DNA of 56,652 nucleotides from Christensenella sp. UBA4247. GTDB lineage: Bacteria; Bacillota; Clostridia; Christensenellales; CAG-1252. The position numbers were made by a program, and so were the translations under genes. The stretch covers positions 4,039-60,690 of the forward strand of contig DGWX01000022.1 of the NCBI GenBank assembly GCA_002395405.1, read 5' to 3'. Shown here in pieces: positions 1 to 9,122 of the stretch (its first letter is position 1; each line of letters begins with the position of its first letter). Under the pieces are notes generated by a model, which was given only the letters and a program-made list of their open reading frames with translations, did not search any database and had not been told where the DNA came from.

Positions 1-4
1 TGTT

Positions 5-859
5 TCATGCGTACTGATCGACGACGGAGAGATCAACGCGTCTTCCGGAGATGAATTTTCCTTTCCATCTGTCGTCTTTCGTCAGAGAAACGGGTCCTCC
101 GTTTGCACTGTAACATTGAAGAAGATATCCTCCGCCGAGATATAGAACGACGTGTGAAATCGAACCGCTTCCCGTAAAATAAATATCGCCGCGTTTAAGG
201 TCGGAATAGCGCGTGATTCTTTTGCCCACCGTGTGGTCGGCTTGGCTACCCGTATACGTTCCGAGTTTAACGCCGCAACCCGCGTAAAAACAATATTGAA
301 CGAAAGAGGAACAATCGAAGGAAGTGCCCGTAAAATAGGGATTGATTTTGCCTTTGTCCGTAAGAACGCGCGGCGCGCCCCATTCGTAAGGCGTTCCGAG
401 AAAGGCGAGTCCCGCTTCGATTACTCGCTCAAGGGCGCGGTTTGTTTCGGTTTGAAACGCGTACGATCGGGAGACGTAGCCTACTCGTTCGCCCGTCCAG
501 ACCGCGAACCAGGCGCCTTCCTCCCAAAGATAGGGAAGGCTTTGTCCTGCAGGGAGGGTGAAAAGAGGAGCGAAACTTGTTCCCGCTCCTTTGCGTACGT
601 TCAAAGAAGCGGTCGAAACGATCGCGTCGTACGGCGCCGTATCGGAAGAGGGATACGCATAAGAGTAGGGAGAAAAAGAAGGCGCTTCAGTTTCTTCCTC
701 TTTGAGCTGCACCTCTTCCGAAAGGGGCGGCGGATCCACTATGTCGGAAAACCCATCTTCCGTCTCTTTTTCAAAACGCGCTCCGCCGCAGGACGCAAAG
801 AGAAAGAGGAAGACGAAAAGAGCTATGTAAACAGCCGAATCGCGAAGTATTTTTTTCAT
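5..859 (-). CDS. NlpC/P60 (C40) cell-wall endopeptidase lipoprotein with SH3b-like domain
   Basis: ORF 5..871. Signal peptide with lipobox LFASCGG. SH3b-like segment ASLNVRKGAGTSF. NlpC/P60 catalytic Cys FDCSSFVQY and His ISHVVLYLG. Start moved to MKKIL (859), which sits behind a GGTGG RBS. Confidence 0.8.
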   Translation of the reverse strand: MKKILRDSAVYIALFVFLFLFASCGGARFEKETEDGFSDIVDPPPLSEEVQLKEEETEAPSFSPYSYAYPSSDTAPYDAIVSTASLNVRKGAGTSFAPLFTLPAGQSLPYLWEEGAWFAVWTGERVGYVSRSYAFQTETNRALERVIEAGLAFLGTPYEWGAPRVLTDKGKINPYFTGTSFDCSSFVQYCFYAGCGVKLGTYTGSQADHTVGKRITRYSDLKRGDIYFTGSGSISHVVLYLGGGYLLQCYSANGGPVSLTKDDRWKGKFISGRRVDLSVVDQYA

Positions 860-924
860 AAGTACCACCATTCATTATAAAATCGTTTTACCTTCCTTCC
901 GACATCCAAAAGTTGGAAAAGACG

Positions 925-953
925 TTGACGAATACTAACTTGTGTAATATAAT
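925..953 (+). promoter_or_regulatory. sigma-A type promoter upstream of padR
   Basis: TTGACG (925-930), 17 nt spacer, TATAAT (948-953). AAGGTG SD lies before the ATG at 988. Confidence 0.6.
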
Positions 954-987
954 AAACCTACTTACGATATAAGGATAAGGTGTCGAT

Positions 988-1530
988 ATGTCATTGAAAC
1001 ACGGATTATTGGGCTTGCTGACGCTTCGCAAGTCTTCCGGATACGATCTTTCTAAACTCTTTCAGGAATCGCTGAGCTATTTTTGGGTCGCGAATCAAAG
1101 CCAGATCTATCGCGAACTCGACAAAATGGAAGAGATCGGCTGGGTCGCGTCTTCCAAAGTGGAGCAGGACGCGCGTCCGAATAAAAGGGTTTACGCGATC
1201 ACGAAGGAAGGAAACGCGGAACTTATTCGCTATTTGAAAGACGACAGCGCCGAAGAACTCGGCGTGGTTCGCAATCCGTTGTTGATGAAGCTCTTTTTCT
1301 CTTCTTTGGTGGATCGGGAACACGCGATCAAACTGCTCGAAAACTATCGAAAGCTTTGCGAAGAGCAAATGGAAGAGGTCAAAGCGCAGGTTGCGGAGAT
1401 CGGAAGGGTGGAAGAGAGTGCGGCGAAACCCGCCTATTGGCTGTATTCCACGAACTATTCCATCGCTTATTACGAATTCCAGATCCGATGGATCGACGAG
1501 ACGGTTGCCCGCCTTCGTTCTCTGTCTTAG
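988..1530 (+). CDS. PadR family transcriptional regulator (long form with C-terminal domain)
   Basis: Winged-helix PadR signature: LLGLL..SGYDLSKLF..QIYRELDKMEEIGWV..KRVYAITKEGNAEL. Confidence 0.85.
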   Translation: MSLKHGLLGLLTLRKSSGYDLSKLFQESLSYFWVANQSQIYRELDKMEEIGWVASSKVEQDARPNKRVYAITKEGNAELIRYLKDDSAEELGVVRNPLLMKLFFSSLVDREHAIKLLENYRKLCEEQMEEVKAQVAEIGRVEESAAKPAYWLYSTNYSIAYYEFQIRWIDETVARLRSLS

Positions 1531-1563
1531 CGTACTTTTTCTTCCTTTCGGAATACTAAACGT

Positions 1564-3912
1564 ATGGCAAGCGATTTTTTCGAAAAAACGGTATTGCGCC
1601 TCGGCGAGATCTATTTAACCGAGTATTCCGTGTTCAAAACGGAGAAGTTTTCGCTTGCGACGAGCCGTCTTTCCGGCGTAAACGAAACGTTAACGGCTCT
1701 TTCTTTTGCCGCTCTCAAAAAAGGTTTTCGCGAGGGAACGTTTGCTTTTTCTTCCGGAAAAACCAAATTGATCGCGCGTTTTTATCCTTCCTTTTCTCGT
1801 TCGGGCGGCGCGGCGATCGTTTTTTATCGCTTTTTATCCTATCCCGTTACGGCGTCGGACGACCCGAGATTGAAACTCGTTTCGGAATTTCAAGCGGAAA
1901 GGATCGCGAACGAGTCTATTGAAACGGATAAACTGTATCGCGCGTTTTCTCCTCGCTTCGATCTTCCTCTTCCCGATGAAAACCAGCGCGCGCTTTTTTC
2001 GATCGAAGGAAAAAACGTACTCGTTCAGGGGATTGCGGGGAGCGGGAAAACAAACCTTTGCATTGAAAAGATCCTGTTTGCCGCCGCAATGGATTACGGC
2101 GGGAAAACTTTATACACGACCTTTTCGCGCGGACTTCTTTTAGACGTTAAGAAAAAGATAGAGGATTATCTTTCCGCCTTAAAGGCGATCGCGATCGCGG
2201 TAAAAGAAGGAAGAGCGGAGAGGGGGGCGGAAGAAAGCGTGGCATTTTCTTCTCTTCTCGGCGTTCCCGTTTCCTCCCTTGCCGAGGCGCTCCCTCGCCT
2301 CGAATCCATGATCGATTATTTGGAAAATAAGGTGGATTATCTTTTGCTCGAAGATCTTTATCGCGCTTCTTTCGGAGAAACGGTTTTCGCGAGCGAAAGA
2401 ACGTTTGTTTCCTTCTTGAAAGAACTTAAAAATTACAATCTTTTGAACCGATATAAAAAGATCTCCCTCTCGGACGAAATGCTGTATAAGGAAATATACG
2501 GATTCATCTTCGGAAAGAACTATCGAGGGAAAAAAGCAGACTATATCGAGGAAAGGCGAGGATCTTTTTCCAAGGAAGAATCCGCATTCGTGTTCGATCT
2601 TTCGGAAGAGTATCGCCGCTATCTCGATGCGACGGGCGCGGTGGATCTGAACGTTGCCGCGGAAAAACTCCGCGACGATCTTTTGTTTCCGAGCTATTCT
2701 CTCGCCGTCGTGGACGAAGTTCAGGATCTGACCGAGATCCAGCTGTCTTTTTTAAGGAAAGCGGCGATCAAGTTGTTTTGCGTGGGCGACGCGTCGCAGA
2801 TGGTCAATCCGGCGTACTTTTCCTTTGCCCGCCTCAAAGACCTTTTGTATAAAAAGGACGTAACGGACGTTGCGGAACTTCGCTATAATTATCGAAACAG
2901 TCGTGAGATCGCCCGCATCGTGGGCGCACTGTCCGACCTCAATCGTTCGGTTTTCGGCTATCACGGATTCGTGCTAAACGCAAGCGCGGTCTCATCCGAA
3001 GAAGGCTCTTTCGCCGTGCTGTTCGAAACGGGGAAATTCGCCTCGCTCATCGCGAAGGAAAAAACGGACAATTTTACCATCGTCGTTTCCACGCAATCGG
3101 AAAAAGAAAAACTGCGCGCGCTTCTCCCCTTAAAAGAGATCCTGACCGTATCCGAGATCAAAGGGCTTGAAAGGGATACCGTCGTTCTCTATAACGTCCT
3201 TTCTTCGAATAAAGATAAATTCGAAAAACTCTCTCGAACCGAGATCGATCGAAAAACGGCGGACGAGAACAGCGTGTATCGCTATTATTTCAATTTGTTT
3301 TACGTAGGCGTGTCGCGCGCGCGTCGCCATCTTTTTGTGGCGGAAGAAGAGGAAGTTCCTCTTTTTTCCGATTTTTTCAGAAAGAATTTCGAGCGGATAA
3401 CGGATCGGGAAGCGGTGCGCAAGATCAAAGAAACGGTGGGGGATACCCTCGTTCGTCAGGAAGAACTGCTGCGCCGCGCGGACGAATTCAAAAAACTCGG
3501 GCAGTATGAAAACGCCCTCGTTGCCGCGTCTTCCCTCGTAAACGACTCGGAAAGGGAAAAAGCAATCGCGGAGATCACCGTTTGGCGCGACTTTATTTCC
3601 CGCGGAGACTTTGCGGGCGGCGGACTTGCCTTTTGGGAAAAAGGCTATGTAAAAGAGGCGAAGGAAACTTTTGAGATCGGAGGAGAAAAAGAACTGCTCG
3701 ATCTCGTTTCCGCGATAGACGAGGGCGACAGCGAAAAGCTGGATTATCGCATTCTCCGACATTACGACAAACTGAAAGACAGCGCGGCGGCAATAAGGAT
3801 CTTTTCTTCCGTTCTCGAAAAGGATCTTCACTATATGAAAGAAACGCATCGGAGCCTTTCGAACTCTCTGAAATTTGATAAAAAGAAGGAGCAAAAACAT
3901 GCAAGACGTTAA
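1564..3912 (+). CDS. SF1 UvrD/REP-like helicase with unassigned N- and C-terminal regions
   Basis: Walker A GIAGSGKTN, motif Ia YTTFSRG, Walker B VVDEVQDLT, motif III VGDASQMVN, motif IV YNYRNSREI, motif V IKGLERDTVVLYN, motif VI FYVGVSRARRHLFV. Confidence 0.8.
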   Translation: MASDFFEKTVLRLGEIYLTEYSVFKTEKFSLATSRLSGVNETLTALSFAALKKGFREGTFAFSSGKTKLIARFYPSFSRSGGAAIVFYRFLSYPVTASDDPRLKLVSEFQAERIANESIETDKLYRAFSPRFDLPLPDENQRALFSIEGKNVLVQGIAGSGKTNLCIEKILFAAAMDYGGKTLYTTFSRGLLLDVKKKIEDYLSALKAIAIAVKEGRAERGAEESVAFSSLLGVPVSSLAEALPRLESMIDYLENKVDYLLLEDLYRASFGETVFASERTFVSFLKELKNYNLLNRYKKISLSDEMLYKEIYGFIFGKNYRGKKADYIEERRGSFSKEESAFVFDLSEEYRRYLDATGAVDLNVAAEKLRDDLLFPSYSLAVVDEVQDLTEIQLSFLRKAAIKLFCVGDASQMVNPAYFSFARLKDLLYKKDVTDVAELRYNYRNSREIARIVGALSDLNRSVFGYHGFVLNASAVSSEEGSFAVLFETGKFASLIAKEKTDNFTIVVSTQSEKEKLRALLPLKEILTVSEIKGLERDTVVLYNVLSSNKDKFEKLSRTEIDRKTADENSVYRYYFNLFYVGVSRARRHLFVAEEEEVPLFSDFFRKNFERITDREAVRKIKETVGDTLVRQEELLRRADEFKKLGQYENALVAASSLVNDSEREKAIAEITVWRDFISRGDFAGGGLAFWEKGYVKEAKETFEIGGEKELLDLVSAIDEGDSEKLDYRILRHYDKLKDSAAAIRIFSSVLEKDLHYMKETHRSLSNSLKFDKKKEQKHARR

Positions 3913-4606
3913 AGATCTCATCGAATCGTTTAAGGAATATCGCGATCTTTTGACCCCGATCACAGAGAATCTTCGCGAATTTGCGGATACGTACGATTCC
4001 CTCAAAGGGGATATCGGAAGATTGTCGCAAGCTTTCGAAGGGGACGTTACCGGGAATCTCGATCGGATCTATAAGACGCTGAGCGGCGAAGCGGAGAAAG
4101 CGCAAAGCCTCTCGAAAGAAATAGACGCTTTTCTTTCCCGAAGCGAAAGATACGCCGCGGAAGCGGAGAAGCTCTCTTCTACTCTTTCTCGCCTCGAGAG
4201 GACGCTCGAAAGTCTTTCCGAGCTCGAAAACGAGGCGGAAGCGCAGATCGGGAAGCTCGAATCCACCTTGGAAGAAAAGAGAAAGAATTATAATTTGAAG
4301 GAACTCGAACGAACGGTCGCGAACTATAATGCGGGCGTTACGCGCGTTGCCGAATTTATCAATAAGGACGTTTCTCAATCCTTATCGGACAATAGCGACA
4401 AGCTGAATTCCATTAAAGATTCCTTTGTCGCGCTCGAAGAAGGGGTAAAGAAAGAAAACGAGAGTTTGGATCGCTTGGCGTCTTCTTATACGGCTACTTC
4501 CGAACTGCTCAGAAAGATCACGGAAAAAGAAAGCGTAAACGAAGAATATATCTTCGATATAATGGATAAGTGGGCGGCGGAAAGAGGCGTTAAACGAAAA
4601 AAATAA
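3899..4606 (+). CDS. coiled-coil protein, function unknown
   Basis: ORF 3875..4606. Start set at MQDVKD (3899), 8 nt after a GAAGGAG RBS. Heptad-like E/K/L/S-rich sequence throughout. Overlaps the helicase stop by 14 nt. Confidence 0.6.
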   Translation: MQDVKDLIESFKEYRDLLTPITENLREFADTYDSLKGDIGRLSQAFEGDVTGNLDRIYKTLSGEAEKAQSLSKEIDAFLSRSERYAAEAEKLSSTLSRLERTLESLSELENEAEAQIGKLESTLEEKRKNYNLKELERTVANYNAGVTRVAEFINKDVSQSLSDNSDKLNSIKDSFVALEEGVKKENESLDRLASSYTATSELLRKITEKESVNEEYIFDIMDKWAAERGVKRKK

Positions 4607-6618
4607 TGATGGAAAGAAACGAAAGGAAAATAGCGGAAGCAGTGGAAAAGGATGACGTTAAGGCATTTTCCTCTCTTGTGGGAGAGGAGACTTTTTCCTT
4701 TTTGTTCGGCCGTTTCCCCATTCTTTCTCTTTGCTATCTCTTCGGTGCAAAGCGCATCGTAAAAGCGTACGAGGATAAAATGATCAAGGAAAGAGGCCGC
4801 GTTTTGCTTCCTTCCTATTCTCCCGCGGACGCGCTTTTCATCAAAAAAGCGGGAAAAACCGCGCGCTTTTTTATAGACAAAACGGTTTCGCCTCTCGAAA
4901 TGCTTGCCGTACTCGGAGAGAATAAGAAACTGAAAAACCTTTTCGCGCGCTATCCGCGCGCCGAGGCTTATCTTGCGTCCGTTAATAGGATTTATTATAC
5001 GCGCCTCGGGAAAAACGTCGTCGTAAAGGGAAAAGAGCTGATCCTTCCTCCCGAACCGCTCTCTTTTGCGGGGCGGAGGCGGACGGAAAGACTATCCCTG
5101 ATTTTTTTCGTCCTCGGCGTCTTTACGATCGCGTTGACCGCTTTTATCGGCGCTTTTTTCGGAACGGGCGGGAAAATCCCTTATAAAGTCCGAAACGGAA
5201 AAGAACTTGCCGCCGCGCTTTCGAGCGGAGCTTCCGTTCGATTGGAGCGAACGATTACTTTAAGCGAAACGATCGAGACCTCTTCTTCCGAAATAGACGG
5301 AAACGGGAATACGATCCGCCTTTCCGCGCCGCTTTTTAAGACCTTTTCGGGAAAGATCCGAAACGTTAATTTCTATCTTTTACCCTCTTATGAAGGGAGC
5401 GGGGTGATCGGGAAGAACGAAGGAACGATCTCGGACGTCTCGATCACGGCGGAGTCTCTCTCGATCGGGAAAAAAGAGGAATATCAAGGCGCACTCGTAA
5501 ATGAGAACGCGGGTATTATCGAATCTTCCTATCTGTTCTTAACTCTGTCTGTCGGAGGAGAGGGCGGCGGAAATTGTTACTTCGGTAGCGTGTGCGGAAG
5601 CAATTCCGGAACGATCCATAATTGCCGTGCGGAAGGAGAGATCAAAGGCGAGAACGTCGATCTCGGCGGTATTGCGGGATCGAACGACAGCGTGGGAACG
5701 ATCTCCGATTGCTATGTCAATCTTTCTCTCGCGGAAGCCTCCTCTCTCTCGGGTTGGACGCCGAACGTCGCGGGGATCGCCGTGGAAAACTTGGGCGCGA
5801 TCTATCGCGCGGAAAACGCAGGGAAAATCGAAGCGAAACTGAGCGCGCCCGCGCTTGCCGAAGGGGAAAGCCCTGCGTCCGCTTATGCGGCGGGGATCGT
5901 TTGCGTAAACGTGGGAAGCGTTACGGAGTGTAAAAACGAGGGCGTCGTTTCGTCCGTCGCCGAGGGAGGACATTCTTTTTCAGGCGGCGTCGCCACCATA
6001 AACGGATATAACTCCTCTTACGGCAAATACGGCGTTATCGAAAATTCTTCAAGCGCGGGAGAGGTCCTTGCAAAGAGCGTTTCGCATAACGCTTACGCGG
6101 GCGGCATCGCGGCAAATAACAGTCAGGGCGCGCGCATTACTTCTTGCCGTCAGACGGAAAAAGTAAAAGCGGAAAGCGAAGGGGAAAGTCTCTATTCTTT
6201 CGCGGGCGGAATCGCGGGATATAACGCCGGCGGCGTGGAAACGTCCGTTTATACCGCTTCTTGCGAAGCATATTCCGAAACGGTGATCTCGGGCGCGATT
6301 TGCGGCGCGACGTATCTTCGCGGAGGTTTTTTTACCAATTACACGATCAGTTTGAGCGATAACGCGTTCGTAAAAAGCGAAGAGGGAAAAGAAAAAACGA
6401 GCGGCGCGATCATAGCGGAAAACGGCTATCGCGCGCTTCGCGCCGGCGCTATTTATACGGCGTATCAATTCGAATCGCAGAAGGCGGACGCGATCGCTTC
6501 GGGGAATGAAAGTACGGCAAACGAAATTGAGGAATATCTGTTGCCCCTTCTTTCTCTCGGAGCGGAAGGGTATTCATCGGAAGACGAGATCCCGGAGGTG
6601 GAAAAGAATGTCGAATAG
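4606..6618 (+). CDS. single-pass membrane protein with about nine GLUG-type (beta-helix) repeats
   Basis: TAATG overlap with the upstream gene. One TM helix, LSLIFFVLGVFTIALTAFIGAFF. Repeated G-G-[IV]-[AV]-x-x-N-x-G-x-[IV] units: GGIAGSN, AGIAVEN, AAGIVCVN, GGVATIN, AGGIAANN, AGGIAGYN. Confidence 0.65.
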   Translation: MMERNERKIAEAVEKDDVKAFSSLVGEETFSFLFGRFPILSLCYLFGAKRIVKAYEDKMIKERGRVLLPSYSPADALFIKKAGKTARFFIDKTVSPLEMLAVLGENKKLKNLFARYPRAEAYLASVNRIYYTRLGKNVVVKGKELILPPEPLSFAGRRRTERLSLIFFVLGVFTIALTAFIGAFFGTGGKIPYKVRNGKELAAALSSGASVRLERTITLSETIETSSSEIDGNGNTIRLSAPLFKTFSGKIRNVNFYLLPSYEGSGVIGKNEGTISDVSITAESLSIGKKEEYQGALVNENAGIIESSYLFLTLSVGGEGGGNCYFGSVCGSNSGTIHNCRAEGEIKGENVDLGGIAGSNDSVGTISDCYVNLSLAEASSLSGWTPNVAGIAVENLGAIYRAENAGKIEAKLSAPALAEGESPASAYAAGIVCVNVGSVTECKNEGVVSSVAEGGHSFSGGVATINGYNSSYGKYGVIENSSSAGEVLAKSVSHNAYAGGIAANNSQGARITSCRQTEKVKAESEGESLYSFAGGIAGYNAGGVETSVYTASCEAYSETVISGAICGATYLRGGFFTNYTISLSDNAFVKSEEGKEKTSGAIIAENGYRALRAGAIYTAYQFESQKADAIASGNESTANEIEEYLLPLLSLGAEGYSSEDEIPEVEKNVE

Positions 6619-6835
6619 AGAAAAGAAAGAAAAACTATTATGGATCCTATCTTCCTTGTTCGCTATCTCGGCGCTTCTCGTGTTCGCCGTATTGTTCGTT
6701 TTATCGATCGCAGGGGCGGAAAAGGGAAGAACGATCGTTCCCTTTTTCTCCGTTGTCCTTTCGGGCGCGATCGCGGGCGGCGTGTTGATCGGAACGGGCG
6801 CGTTCCTTTCCGTCGTTCGATATAAGAGGAAATAA
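6608..6835 (+). CDS. small two-TM membrane protein (75 aa)
   Basis: Internal ATG of ORF 6506..6835, 7 nt after a GGAGGTGG RBS. Overlaps the upstream stop by 11 nt. Two hydrophobic helices: LWILSSLFAISALLVFAVLFVL and FFSVVLSGAIAGGVLIGTGAFL. Confidence 0.5.
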   Translation: MSNREKKEKLLWILSSLFAISALLVFAVLFVLSIAGAEKGRTIVPFFSVVLSGAIAGGVLIGTGAFLSVVRYKRK

Positions 6836-6908
6836 GAAAAGTGCCTTCTTAATGGAAATATCTCTTTTCTTCTGATAAAAGAGTGTTATAATAGAAACGA
6901 AAAGCAGT

Positions 6909-9053
6909 ATGAAAAAAGTGATTTTGGACGAAAACGAACTCAAAGAAAAGATCAAAAAGAGTTATCCCGAACCCGGGTGTTCGCTTATTCTTTCCGCGCT
7001 CGATTTCGCAAAATCCGCTCACGAAGGGCAGCTTCGCCTCTCGGGCGAGCCTTATTTCGTTCACCCTTGCCACGTGGCGAATATTTTGATCGATCTCGGA
7101 ATGGACGCGGAGTCCGTTGCCGCCGGTTTTTTACACGACGTGATCGAAGACACTCGTTTCACTCGCGAAGATCTCGCGGAAAAATTCGGAGAGGGCGTTT
7201 CGACCCTCGTAGAGGGAGTAACCAAATTAAACAAACTGCAATTTAAGAGCAAAGAGCAAGCGCAGGCGGAAAACCTCAGAAAAATGCTCCTTGCGATGGC
7301 GAAGGACGTTCGCGTTATCATCATTAAATTCGCGGATCGACTGCATAATATGCGTTCCCTTGCCTTTAAGCCGGAAGACGCGCAAAAGGCGATCGCGAAA
7401 GAAACGATGGAGATCTACGCGCCCCTTGCCGCCCGCCTCGGAATGAGTCAGGTCAAAGGCGAACTGGAAGACTTGTCCATGCGATATCTCTATCCCAAAG
7501 AGTATTACGAACTCGTGGATCTGATCTCTTCCAAAAAAGAGGAAAGAGAAAAATTCGTTTTATCCGTAACGGAAGAGTTGAAAGCCAAGCTGGACGAGAT
7601 CGGATTGAAATACGAGATCAACGGTAGGGCAAAGCATTTTTACAGTATTTATCGCAAAATGTTGCGCCAAAACTCTTCGATAGACCAGATCTACGACCTC
7701 ATTGCGATCCGCATCATCGTGGATACCGTTAAGGATTGTTATAACGTTCTCGGCGTCGTTCATTCCCTTTGGACGCCGCTTCCCGGTAGGTTCAAAGATT
7801 ATATCGCGATGCCGAAAGCGAATATGTATCAATCCCTTCATACTACGGTTTTGAATTCCTTCGGAGCGCCTTTCGAAGTGCAAATTCGAACCAAAGAGAT
7901 GCACCGTCTCGCCGAGTACGGTATCGCGGCGCATTGGAAGTACAAGGACGGAAAAACCGATCGCACGCTGGACGAAAAGATCAAATGGATCCGCGAAGTC
8001 ATGGCGCTCCACGAGGGCGACGTGGAGGATAGCAAAGAATATATAAACGCGTTGAAGACGGAAATGTTTAACGACGAAGTCTTCGTGTTTACGCCGCAAG
8101 GCGATATTAAGAATTTGCCCGTGGGTTCCACCGTGGTGGATTTTGCTTACGCGATCCATTCGGACGTCGGGAACAAGTGCGTGGGCGGAAAGATCAATAT
8201 GAAGATCGTTCCTCTGTCCACAAGGCTGAAAACGGGAGACATCGTGGAGATCATAACGGGACCGAACGCGAAACCTTCCCGCGATTGGATGCGCTTCGTT
8301 CAATCTTCTTCCACCAAAGCGAAGATCCGCCAGTATTTTAAGCGCACGATGCGCGATGAAAACGTTCGGATCGGGCGGGATATGCTCATTGCCGCCTGCA
8401 AAAAAGCGGGATATACGGCTAAAGAATTGATGGTGGACGCTTGGATCCTCGAAACTGCCGAAAAGCAATCCTTTTCTTCGGCGGAAGACGTCCTTGCCGC
8501 GGTCGGCTACGGAGAGTTGAAAACCAAGCAGATCATTGACAAGCTCGTTCATCGCTATTTGCAAACCGTTCCGCAAGAAGCGGGCGCGGCGATCCCGCAC
8601 GAGCGAAAGAAAACGTCGAACGAAAGCAGCGTTTTGATCGATGGAGAAGACGGAATGCAGGTCCATATGTGTAAGTGTTGCAATCCGCTTCCCGGGGATA
8701 AGATCATCGGCTACGTTACGCGCGGCAGGGGGATCAACGTCCACCGCGCCGATTGCGAGAACGTTTTGGCTCTCGAACAGGATCGCTTGATCAAAGCGGA
8801 ATGGAGCGGCGTTGCCGCGGGAAAATTCTCCGCTTCTTTGACCGTGTTTGCCACGAGTACCGCCGCGATCAACCGCGTGACCGAGTTGTTCCTCGGAATG
8901 GGAGTGGAACTTTCGCAGATCAACGCGACGGTGGATAAGGACAAAAACGTTAAGATCGACGTAACCGTTGAGCTTGCGGATCGAGAAGAACTGACCGCCG
9001 TAAAAAATAAACTCGCGCAGATCAAAACCGTTACGGACGTCGTTCGCGGATAA
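6909..9053 (+). CDS. relA: bifunctional (p)ppGpp synthetase/hydrolase RelA/SpoT (Rel)
   Basis: HD hydrolase HPCHVANIL..FLHDVIEDT, synthetase region YQSLHTTV, GIAAHWKYK, then TGS and C-terminal ACT-like regions. Length 714 aa. Confidence 0.95.
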   Translation: MKKVILDENELKEKIKKSYPEPGCSLILSALDFAKSAHEGQLRLSGEPYFVHPCHVANILIDLGMDAESVAAGFLHDVIEDTRFTREDLAEKFGEGVSTLVEGVTKLNKLQFKSKEQAQAENLRKMLLAMAKDVRVIIIKFADRLHNMRSLAFKPEDAQKAIAKETMEIYAPLAARLGMSQVKGELEDLSMRYLYPKEYYELVDLISSKKEEREKFVLSVTEELKAKLDEIGLKYEINGRAKHFYSIYRKMLRQNSSIDQIYDLIAIRIIVDTVKDCYNVLGVVHSLWTPLPGRFKDYIAMPKANMYQSLHTTVLNSFGAPFEVQIRTKEMHRLAEYGIAAHWKYKDGKTDRTLDEKIKWIREVMALHEGDVEDSKEYINALKTEMFNDEVFVFTPQGDIKNLPVGSTVVDFAYAIHSDVGNKCVGGKINMKIVPLSTRLKTGDIVEIITGPNAKPSRDWMRFVQSSSTKAKIRQYFKRTMRDENVRIGRDMLIAACKKAGYTAKELMVDAWILETAEKQSFSSAEDVLAAVGYGELKTKQIIDKLVHRYLQTVPQEAGAAIPHERKKTSNESSVLIDGEDGMQVHMCKCCNPLPGDKIIGYVTRGRGINVHRADCENVLALEQDRLIKAEWSGVAAGKFSASLTVFATSTAAINRVTELFLGMGVELSQINATVDKDKNVKIDVTVELADREELTAVKNKLAQIKTVTDVVRG

Positions 9054-9067
9054 ATCAAAGAGCCATT

Positions 9068-9095
9068 CAAAAAACGCCCGAACGGGCGTTTTTTT
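9068..9095. terminator. bidirectional intrinsic terminator between convergent relA and ribU
   Basis: A-run, stem ACGCCC/GGGCGT, then T-run (aaaaaacgcccgaacgggcgtttttttt). Confidence 0.75.
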
Positions 9096-9122
9096 TGATC
9101 GAGAGGCAGCGCGTCGTTTCCG

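Noticed and set aside
233-880. 215-aa plus-strand ORF.
   Set aside because: It is antisense to the NlpC/P60 lipoprotein gene, and its Arg-rich sequence is low complexity.
7560-8744. 394-aa minus-strand ORF inside relA.
   Set aside because: relA is unambiguous on the plus strand, and the antisense product is low complexity.
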